Positions 52,987 through 61,383 of a stretch of 64,000 nucleotides of DNA are shown in pieces (the first letter of the stretch is position 1; every line of letters starts with the position of its first letter). A model generated the notes under the pieces. It did no database searches, was not told the DNA's origin, and saw nothing but the letters and a program-made list of their open reading frames with translations. The DNA lies in contig CAWFKQ010000012.1 of NCBI GenBank assembly GCA_963816395.1, forward strand, positions 10,972 through 74,971, read 5' to 3'. Both the position numbers and the translations under genes were made by a program. The DNA comes from an uncultured delta proteobacterium (GTDB lineage: Bacteria; Desulfobacterota; Desulfuromonadia; Desulfuromonadales; JACZKF01).

Positions 52987-54465
52987 TCAGAGTCCGGCGC
53001 TCACCCGCTGCTGGATGCCGAAAGGATCCTTGACCTCCTGCTCGGGCTTGAACTGCTGCCTGGTCTTGCCGCGGTCGTTCAGGTACTTCGGCAATTCCAG
53101 ATCGACCTGGACCGGCACCTTCATGCCAACTTCGGCCAGACCCTGGCGCAGCAGCCCTTCCGCCCGGCCGGCGAAGGCGACGGCGTCGCCAAGCACCCGC
53201 GCCGCCTCGGACGGGTTGTGGAAACCGACCGAGTTTTCGGCGCCGATGAAAATGGTCCGGTAAAATGCCTCCAGGTAGAAATCCTTGGCCTTATTGTAAA
53301 GAGCCTGGTCGACCGTCTTCCCTTCGGCCGCAGCCTGGTTGGCCGTCTCGAAGAGCTTGGCCACCACGGCGGTCGCCATGCCGGCGCGGATCTGCAGGGA
53401 AACGGTGTGATCCTGGATGTCGTAGACGCGCTGCCGCAGCCACTCCTGGTCTTCCGCATGACATTGCCGGCAGGCCTTCAGGTCTTCTTTGAGCGGACTG
53501 GTCACCCGATGATCGGAGACTTTGGCGGCACCGACCCGGGTATAAGGCATATGGCAGTCGGTACAGGCCGCCCCCACTTTCCAGTGGAGACTGTCGTTGC
53601 TGAACAGCTCGTACTCGGGATGGCGGATAAAGGCCAGCTTGAAGCCGGTCACTTTCTGCTTCCACTCCCCGGCGGTTGGATCGCTGCGCAACTGACTGAT
53701 GATGTTTTCGATGGTGATCTTGCCCATGGCGCTCCCGTGCCAGGGGAAGTAGGCGCCGTTGGACTTGCCCTGATCGTCCTTGGTCACCGAATAAGTGACA
53801 TGGCACTGGGCGCAGACCAGGCTGCGCATTTCCTGGCGGGTCAGTTTGCTCCGCTCCACGCCGATTTCGCTGAGGGCCTTGCCCAGCGTGAATTCCCGGG
53901 AGATCCGCAGGGACATGTCTTTGCTGTCATGGCAGTCGACGCAGGCGACCCCGAGTTCACGATGCTTTTCGGGGATCTTGGCGAGTACCTCCAGATAGGG
54001 GTTCTTGTAATAAGCCGGCCCCATCTCCTTCTCCAGTTTCGACGCGTAGGGAGTCTTGCAGGTCAGGCAGACGCCTCCCGCACCGACGCGGGAAGGGTCG
54101 ATATCGAGCTGGTCTTTGATCATGTAGATATGACCGCGCGGCTCGTTGTAGGCGACCCCGAACCCCCAGCCGTTGAACAGCAGGGCCAGGTAGGGATATT
54201 CCGAGAGCTTGTCCCAGGTGATCCGGTCCGTATCCCACCCCCGGCGATAGCGGCTCTTGCCGACCGGGGTGGGTTCCCCGGTTTGCTTCCAGAGATCGTA
54301 ATTGATGGGATAGGCCTTGCCCCAGGCCGCGGGGTCCATTTCCCCCTCGGCGATCTTCACCGGCTTTACCGCCTCGGGCTTATCCGGGGAACAACCGGAA
54401 AACAGCAGGGCGGCGGCCCCCAGCAGCAGAAAAATCGATTTTATCAGCGGTATGTCTTTTCTCAT
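52987..54465 (-). CDS. nrfA: Pentaheme ammonia-forming cytochrome c nitrite reductase
   Basis: CLTCK active-site heme plus four CxxCH, YNEPRGH, AENSVGFH; lipobox; own RBS. Confidence 0.95.
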   Translation of the reverse strand: MRKDIPLIKSIFLLLGAAALLFSGCSPDKPEAVKPVKIAEGEMDPAAWGKAYPINYDLWKQTGEPTPVGKSRYRRGWDTDRITWDKLSEYPYLALLFNGWGFGVAYNEPRGHIYMIKDQLDIDPSRVGAGGVCLTCKTPYASKLEKEMGPAYYKNPYLEVLAKIPEKHRELGVACVDCHDSKDMSLRISREFTLGKALSEIGVERSKLTRQEMRSLVCAQCHVTYSVTKDDQGKSNGAYFPWHGSAMGKITIENIISQLRSDPTAGEWKQKVTGFKLAFIRHPEYELFSNDSLHWKVGAACTDCHMPYTRVGAAKVSDHRVTSPLKEDLKACRQCHAEDQEWLRQRVYDIQDHTVSLQIRAGMATAVVAKLFETANQAAAEGKTVDQALYNKAKDFYLEAFYRTIFIGAENSVGFHNPSEAARVLGDAVAFAGRAEGLLRQGLAEVGMKVPVQVDLELPKYLNDRGKTRQQFKPEQEVKDPFGIQQRVSAGL

Positions 54466-54536
54466 CTCCCCTGCCCTCCCTTCCGTGGAACGTCTCCTTC
54501 TTCTCCCCCGTTTGTGCCGTTTTCCGCCGCGCCTTG

Positions 54537-54990
54537 CTACAGCGTTTCCACGGCACCGCTCAGGCGGTGCTGCAGAAGTCCGATGACAGCTCCAGCACTG
54601 GCGCTCAACGTCGATCTTGGCCACGGTCTCTGCATGACAGCGAATGCAGTTGACCTGCATGACGTTCTGGCCGTGTTCGGATATCCGGATCCGCTCAGGA
54701 ACTCGGCCTGAATAGAAAAAGACCATATCCTTGAGCCCGTCAACCGACTTCCAGAAGTAGTGCGCCGGGGCATTCTGGTTCGGCAGGTGGCAGTCGACGC
54801 AAAGAATGCCGCGGTGCGCCCCGGTCAGCCGCCACGCCTCGAATTCGGCCTCCATCACATGGCAGCTCGAACAGTAATCCGGCGTACTGCTTCTGGCCAG
54901 CACGGCCGGCGGCCCCAGGAGGAAATAGGCGGCGACTGCCGCCATCCCGAGAATGACCAGACAGATGAGCAGCAGCTTTCGGCCCGGCAT
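54537..54990 (-). CDS. nrfH: Tetraheme quinol dehydrogenase; apparent frameshift near 54577
   Basis: N-terminal TM segment, CSSCHVM, CVDCHLP, CIRCH, CWSCH; natural end LQHRLSGAVETL* in another frame. Confidence 0.9.
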
Positions 54991-55181
54991 TTTCTCACCC
55001 CCTTTGCAATGCTCGAGGGTTTGTGCTCCGCCACTTCCGCCCCTGTCCCGGAAAGGTGTAGATCAGAGGCCGGCATTGGGCGCAGTGAACACTTCTCTAC
55101 TGATGAAATTTTTAACATAAATTTAAATTAATTCAAGGCGGATGCCTCAGCCGGCAGGGAAATCCCCAGTCCAGGGTACCT

Positions 55182-56800
55182 TCAGTTTTCCTTCGCGGTG
55201 GCCTGTACCGAGGCGCTGGCCGTCGCCACATCCCTCGGATAGCTCCGCCGCGCCGGGATAGCCAGGGAACTGGCAATGACGAGAGGAATCAGCATGAGCA
55301 GGAAGGTCCACTTCAGTCCACTGTCGCCGCCGCCGAGCACGTGCTGCGAGAGGAAGCCGAAAACGGTGGGAGCGGTCCCCTCGAGCATCATCCGCAGGAA
55401 GGTCCGGACCGACTCGGCCCGCCCCCACAGCCGCGGGTGAATGATGTCGAGGCGAGCGGCGTCCAGCGGCGGGTTGGCGGCAGCCAGGGCGGCCGCGCCC
55501 AGGGTGAGGAAGACGATGGCGAAGAGAACGTTGGTCGTCCAGATGGCCGGAGCGAAAAATCCCACGCTCAGCAGCAGCGCGCAGCCCGGGACGACAATGC
55601 GGGCACCGAGCCAGCCCCTGCGCAGCAGCCGGTCGGCCAGCCGGCCGCCGGCCATGATGCCGGCCAGGGCGCCGATCCCCAGGACGATGAAAAGAGCACT
55701 GACCGTGCTGCGCGAAAGGTCGTAATGGCCGGTCACGTAAATCATGCCGAAGGCCCGCACGCCGGCGAAGAAATAGTAGCCGAGGGCCGAGGCGATGATC
55801 AGGAGCAGGTTGGTGCGGATGCGCAGCACGTAGCGCACCGCCCACCAGATGCTGCGCTCGGTCGGGTCTTCCTGGAGAATCAAATTTTTTGCCGGCTGGA
55901 TATCGGCCTTCCGCACCGTCTCCTGCGCCAGCTCGGCCTCCTGCGCCGGGCCCGCGTCCTGCTGCTCTTCGGCGGGCGGGCGCCCCTTGCCGTCGCGCAC
56001 ATCCTCGGCGGAAGGGATCTCTTTCTGTCCCGGCCGCAGCCAGCTCTGCCCGCCGCGAGCCGGTTCCGGCAGGTAGCGCCATATGGCCCAGGCCAGGGCG
56101 CCGCTCGGCACCGCCAGGAGGAAGAAGGCCGCCCGCCAGTTGAACAAGGCAGAGACCTCGCCGGAGAGAAAGAAGCCGATGCCGGTCCCGACCAGTTCGC
56201 CGGCCAGAATCATCCCGTAAACCCGCGCCCGTTCCTTGGCCGGGAAGAAGTCGCCGGTGAGGGAAGCGACGGCGGGCAGCGCGACCGCCGCCACCACCCC
56301 GAGGAAAACGCGGGTGACCAGCAGGTAGAGAAAAGAGCTGGCGGTGCCGCTGACGATCATGGCCACGGTCCAGAGACCGATGGCCCAGATCAGCAGCCGC
56401 CTGCGGCGAAAACGATCGACGAGGATGCCGAAAGGCAGGGTGGCGGCGGCCCCGACAAAGGAGACGACCGAAATCAGGATCCCGATGTCGGTATTGCCGA
56501 TGCCGAAGGCGGTCTTCAGACCGTCGGCGACCGCCGAAACGGTCGCCTTGTCGGCAGTGTCGAGCCCGAGAATGGCGGCGAGCAGCAGAATGACCTGAAG
56601 CCTTGCCGGGCCGCCGGCCTGCTTCTCCAGCCGGTCTTTGGCCTGCCGCAGGCCGGCGCGGGCCTTGTCGGCCACCTGTCTCCCCTTCTCTTCACTCCCG
56701 AGCGCTCTTCCCGTTCCGCACCCCGGCTCGGTTTCCTCGGCTCCTGCGCCTTGACGCCCTGTTCCGACCGCCCGTTTTTTTTGCCGTTTGCATTCCCCAT
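55182..56800 (-). CDS. MFS transporter; possible frameshift in the N-terminal extension
   Basis: About 12 TM segments, GILVDRFRRR, GRLADR, DFFPAKERAR. Confidence 0.85.
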
Positions 56801-56821
56801 GACTTCCCCGCGGGCCGGCGT

Positions 56822-58303
56822 CTATCTGGAATCGAGGGAACAGCTGCCGCTTCCGGTCTCTGCCAGGGCGCTTTTGCCCCACGGATACAGTTTTTCCTGT
56901 CCGCCGCCAGTGCGCTCCAGAAGCGGAATACCAGGAGCTTCCGGCTGCACATGCGCGGCGAATTTCCCTTCCGGGGGGGATGTGTCGTCGCGAGCAACCC
57001 GGTTCTTTTTCCCCTCTTTCAGGTTGAACTTGCGCATGATGGCGTTGGTGGCGGTCCAGCTCAGGCGGTCGCGCTTGCCGGTGCAGGGGAACCGGCCGGC
57101 CAGGGACCGCCAGGAGTAGAATTTCTCGTAGGCGTAGCCGAAACCGGCCCGCAGAGTTTCCTGGCTCATCCTCTTTGGCTCGAAGACCACATCGGACTGG
57201 TCGTAGCGGGACCAGTCATAGGAGGTGATTCTGCCCTCGGCGTGCAGCTGGTGGTAGAGAGGCGTACCCGGGTAGGGGGTCAGGACGGAGAAGGCGCAGG
57301 CATCCGCCCCTGCCTCGATCCAGAATTGTGATGTTTTTTCGAAGACCGACTCATCATCCGAATCGAAACCGAAGATGCAGAGGGCGAGAACCATCATGCC
57401 GTGGGAATGAATTTTTTTCACCAGCGCCTTGTACCGGTCCGGCTGATTGAATCCCTTGTTCGATTCAGCCAGGCTCTGCCGGGAAATGGACTCGAAGCCG
57501 ATGTTCAGCATGTAGCAGCCGCTCTTCCGGGCCGCCCGCAGCAGCTCATCGTTTTCGGCCAGCCGGCTGGACACGGCGCCCTGCCACCGCTTGCCCAGCG
57601 GTGCCATAGCGGTCAGTAACTCATGCGCCCGCGCCGGCCGGCTGAAAATATCCGCATCGTAAATGCCGATTTCCCGATCAGGGAGCGCCTTGATTTCGGA
57701 AAGGATGTCCTGAATCGGCCGAAAGCGGTACCGATTGCCGTTCATTCCTTTTTCACAGCAGAAATTGCATTCGTGCGGGCACCCCCGGGAGGTCTGGACG
57801 AAATTGGCGACGATGTACTTGTTCCTTTTCAGCAACTCCCATTTCGGTGCTTGCATTTCCCGCAGATCATACCACTCGCTGGCCTTGTAGATTCCCTGCA
57901 GGCGCCCTTCCCGGGCATCGGAAAGCACCTGCGGCCATACCGGTTCCGCCTCCCCGATGACCACCGCGTCGGCATGTTCCAGTGCCTCAAAAGGCAGAAA
58001 GCTGGCGTGGACGCCACCGATCACCACTACTTTCCCCCGGCGCCGGAATTCATCGGCGATCCGGTAGCCCCGCCGGGCATAGACGGTCATGATACTGATT
58101 GCGACGAGATCGCAAGGTTTATCGTAATCCACCGCCTCGATGCTTTCGTCACTCAGCAGCAGGTCCCATTCATCCTCCGGGGTAACCGCGGCGAGCGCGA
58201 GCGGAGCGGCAACCGGCGAGTAGATCGCCTTGCCGAAGAACACCGCCTGGGAAAGAAACCCTTCTTCCCTGGGCAGCACGAAATGCAGAACTGATTTCCC
58301 CAT
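56822..58303 (-). CDS. B12-binding radical SAM protein
   Basis: GGVHAS, GEAE, SRGCPHECNFC, GFES, TPYPGT. Confidence 0.9.
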   Translation of the reverse strand: MGKSVLHFVLPREEGFLSQAVFFGKAIYSPVAAPLALAAVTPEDEWDLLLSDESIEAVDYDKPCDLVAISIMTVYARRGYRIADEFRRRGKVVVIGGVHASFLPFEALEHADAVVIGEAEPVWPQVLSDAREGRLQGIYKASEWYDLREMQAPKWELLKRNKYIVANFVQTSRGCPHECNFCCEKGMNGNRYRFRPIQDILSEIKALPDREIGIYDADIFSRPARAHELLTAMAPLGKRWQGAVSSRLAENDELLRAARKSGCYMLNIGFESISRQSLAESNKGFNQPDRYKALVKKIHSHGMMVLALCIFGFDSDDESVFEKTSQFWIEAGADACAFSVLTPYPGTPLYHQLHAEGRITSYDWSRYDQSDVVFEPKRMSQETLRAGFGYAYEKFYSWRSLAGRFPCTGKRDRLSWTATNAIMRKFNLKEGKKNRVARDDTSPPEGKFAAHVQPEAPGIPLLERTGGGQEKLYPWGKSALAETGSGSCSLDSR

Positions 58304-58650
58304 TTTGGGTCGCTCCAATCATCCAATCAATGTGAACTGGCCTCCTTGTAAAGGCCGGCAACCGGCATCAGAACCGGCATCAGAACAACGCGAACGGTAG
58401 CAACAACAGCCGCCCGGTGAGAACAAAAGACAAAATTCATAAGACGAATTTTACTATACCCGGATAAAGGAGTTTGTCGAAGCCAGGACGATCGATTAGT
58501 TCAGGCATACCGGCCAAACCGTCCCGGGTTGACAGAGGCAAAATCGGCGATAAAAGCATGAGAGAGGCCTTAATTCCCGGTGCCAAAATCCACGACGGCC
58601 AATGGCAGGTGCCATCCGGCCGAAACCGACCCAAGTGAAAGGGGAAAAAA

Positions 58651-59455
58651 ATGAAAAAGCAGCTTATCTTCACGGCCGTCGCCCTGGCGGGCAGCCTGGC
58701 ACTGACACCTGCCATGGCGCAGCAGGGCCAGCAGGGGCAGCAAAGCCAGGAGAATCAGCCCAAGATCGGTCAACAGCAGGACCAGGATCAAGACCAGCAG
58801 AAGCAGCAACAGCAGAGCCAGGACCAGCAGCAAGCCCAACAGGGGCAGCAAGGGCAGCAGGGCAACAGGGAGTTGCCGGAGCAGCAGCAAAGTCCTTATG
58901 CCAGACAACTCGCGAATGCGGGCGATATCAAAGGAATGCAGATCCAGGATACCCAGGGCAATGACCTTGGCTCGGTCGACCAGGTCATCATCGATACTCA
59001 GAACGGCAAGGTTGCATTCGTGGTGACCTCCACGGGCGGGTTCTGGGGCATCGGCGGGAAACAGGCGATTATCCCCTGGAATGCCCTGCGCGTGCAGCAG
59101 CAGGGGCAAGTAGCCCAACAGGGTCAGCAGGGGCAGCAAGTGGCTCAGCAGGGGCAGGGCCAGCGGGTGCTGGTCCTCAATATCCCGAAAGATCAGCTGA
59201 AAAACGCCCCGCAGGGGGATATCTCGAAGATCCTCGATCGCCAGCAGGCTGAGCAGATTTCCCAGTTCTACGGGGTTGCCCCGTATTGGGAGGAAGGAGC
59301 GCAGCAGGGGCAGCAGGGTCAGATGATGTCGCCGCAGCAGCGCGGGGAAATGATGAACCGGATGCAGCACACAGATGCCGCAGCAGCAAGGACAGATGCC
59401 GCCCCAGCAGATGCCGCCGCAGCAGCAACAGAGGCCGCAGCAGCAGTCGCAGTGA
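58651..59455 (+). CDS. Exported Gln-rich PRC-barrel protein; apparent frameshift near 59370
   Basis: Signal peptide, LGSVDQVIID...GGFWGIGGK..IPW, YGVAPYW; QMPPQQ tail ends at TGA 59455; hairpin at 59495-59521. Confidence 0.85.
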
Positions 59456-59604
59456 CAAGAGTCACCGGTGCCGGCAACGGGTCGGGTAGCGGAAGACGGG
59501 GCTCCAGTAAGGAGCCCCGTCTGATTTCGTGATCACAAAACCGCCGTCGACGGACCCGGCGATGCATATCAACAGTAATTGCCACCCAAAGAGGAGATTA
59601 AGAT

Positions 59605-59832
59605 ATGGGATCGGAAATCAGACCCGGGGAAAAAGACCGGGCCGTGCCCGGGCCGCAGGTGCGGCAGGGAGCGGCCTTTGCCGTTCAGGCGGGGGAAGAG
59701 GCCGCGCAGGAGGGGGAATATACCTGTGAGGGCTGCCGCAAAAAGACTCACCTGGAGAAAAAAATCATCGTCCCCAGGTGCCCCGACTGCGGCGGGGAAT
59801 CTTTCCGCCTGAGCCAGGGCGAGGAAGAGTGA
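59605..59832 (+). CDS. Small zinc-ribbon protein
   Basis: AGE....GEYTCEGC...VPRCPDCG; AGGAG RBS. Confidence 0.75.
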   Translation: MGSEIRPGEKDRAVPGPQVRQGAAFAVQAGEEAAQEGEYTCEGCRKKTHLEKKIIVPRCPDCGGESFRLSQGEEE

Positions 59833-60168
59833 AAGAAGGCGCCGGCAATGGGAAAAAGCCGCCGGTGCCGCCGGAGCGCGCGGCTACCGTTCGCCGGCAG
59901 ATCGAAGCCGCCCTGCGCGGGGAACCGCAGAGCGCCTGGGACATCTCGACCGTCGTCGGCATCCCGGAAAAAGAGGTTGGCTCCCACCTGGAACACCTGC
60001 GGCAGTCGCTGCGCGGTACCGGCGGCCGGCTGCAGGTGCTGCCGGCCGTCTGCAAGAGCTGCGGCTTCCGCTTCCATAAAGCGGGAGCGCCTCGACCGCC
60101 CCGGCCGCTGTCCGGTTTGCCACGGGCAGTCGATCGCCATGCCGCGTTTTGCCATCGTCCAGGAATGA
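59829..60168 (+). CDS. HTH plus zinc-ribbon putative transcriptional regulator; apparent frameshift near 60082
   Basis: EKEVGSHLEHL, CKSCGFRF, RLDRPGRCPVC. Confidence 0.75.
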
Positions 60169-60216
60169 CTTTTATAGTCACCCATTGTCTTTCATCAGGA
60201 AAAAGAGGAAAGCGGC

Positions 60217-60636
60217 ATGAAAGCGTATCGAAAAGAACTCTGGTTCAACGTGCCTTCCCGGCGGGGCTTCGTCAATATCACGCCGCAGGTCCAGGATTGC
60301 CTGGCGGAGAGTGGAATCGGGGAAGGCCTGCTGCTCTGCAACGCCATGCATATCACCGCCTCGGTCTTCATCAACGACGACGAGAGCGGACTGCACCAGG
60401 ATTTCGAGCGCTGGCTGGAGCAGCTGGCCCCGCACGAACCGATCAGCCACTACCTGCACAACCGCACCGGGGAAGATAACGGCGATGCCCACCTGAAACG
60501 CTCCGTGATGGGGCGGGAGGTGGTCGTCGCGGTCACCGGGGGAAGCCTCGATTTCGGTCCCTGGGAGCAGATTTTCTACGGTGAATTCGACGGCCGGCGG
60601 CGCAAGCGCGTGCTGGTGAAGATCATCGGCGAATAG
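60217..60636 (+). CDS. YjbQ/UPF0047 family protein
   Basis: [33 protein letters not shown]. Confidence 0.9.
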   Translation: MKAYRKELWFNVPSRRGFVNITPQVQDCLAESGIGEGLLLCNAMHITASVFINDDESGLHQDFERWLEQLAPHEPISHYLHNRTGEDNGDAHLKRSVMGREVVVAVTGGSLDFGPWEQIFYGEFDGRRRKRVLVKIIGE

Positions 60637-60663
60637 CCAGCGTTAAACCTGGAGGTTACGACC

Positions 60664-61383
60664 ATGACAGCCGAGCCCGATTCCGGACGCCGAGCACTGC
60701 TGACCAGTGGCGCTGTTTTCCTGGCAGCCTCCACCACCGCCTGGGCGAACCGCCGCTCCTTTGCCGCTGAAAATAAAAATGCGGAGAAGCCGGAAGTGAC
60801 GCCCACCGAAGATCTCATGCAGGAGCATGGGGTTCTCCGGCGCCTGCTGCTGATTTACCAGGAAGGTCTGCGGCGGCTCGGCACCGGGGACACCCTTCCC
60901 CTGGAGACGATAACCGGGGCTGCCGGCATCATTCGGAAATTCGTGGAGGACTACCACGAAAAATCGGAGGAAGAATACGTCTTCCCCAAGTTCAGAAAAG
61001 AAAATACCCTGGTCGACCTGGTGGATATCCTCTACCGGCAGCACCAGAAGGGCAGAGAATTGACGGAGGTAATCCTGCAGTCAGCGACGGCGGAGAAGCT
61101 CCAAACTACCGGCGGCCGGCAGCAGCTGACCACCGCCATGCAGCAGTTCATCCGCATGTACGCTCCTCATGCGGCGCGGGAGGCGACCGTGCTGTTCCCG
61201 GCCTTTCGCAAGATCGTCAGCCGGCAGGAATTCGAGGCCCTCGGCCGCACGTTCGAAGAGCAGGAGGAAGAGAAATTCGGCAGGAACGGCTTTGAGAAAG
61301 TCGTCGAACAGGTTGCCGAAATTGAAAAGAAGCTCGGCATCCACGACCTGGCGCAATTCACGCCCAGTCTGCCAGGGCGGTAA
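60664..61383 (+). CDS. Hemerythrin-like (HHE) domain protein with twin-arginine signal
   Basis: RRALL signal, EDLMQEHG, DYHEKSEE..VFP, QH, HAAREATVLFP. Confidence 0.88.
   Translation: MTAEPDSGRRALLTSGAVFLAASTTAWANRRSFAAENKNAEKPEVTPTEDLMQEHGVLRRLLLIYQEGLRRLGTGDTLPLETITGAAGIIRKFVEDYHEKSEEEYVFPKFRKENTLVDLVDILYRQHQKGRELTEVILQSATAEKLQTTGGRQQLTTAMQQFIRMYAPHAAREATVLFPAFRKIVSRQEFEALGRTFEEQEEEKFGRNGFEKVVEQVAEIEKKLGIHDLAQFTPSLPGR

Noticed and set aside
52987..54990. Apparent 667-aa NrfH-NrfA fusion ORF
   Set aside because: One extra base after CWSCHR explains it. The natural NrfH end (LQHRLSGAVETL*) is in another frame, the linker is Arg-rich nonsense, and nrfA keeps its own RBS and lipoprotein signal.
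55095..55140. AT-rich dyad upstream of nrfH as an Fnr/Crp-type site
   Set aside because: The match to TTGAT-N4-ATCAA is too weak to call.
58359..58386. Tandem AACCGGCATCAG x2 upstream of the radical SAM gene
   Set aside because: Only two copies; cannot distinguish an operator from a chance duplication.
59370..59532. Ala-rich C-terminal tail of the PRC-barrel ORF
   Set aside because: It is a frameshifted reading of the Gln-rich tail, which ends at 59455.
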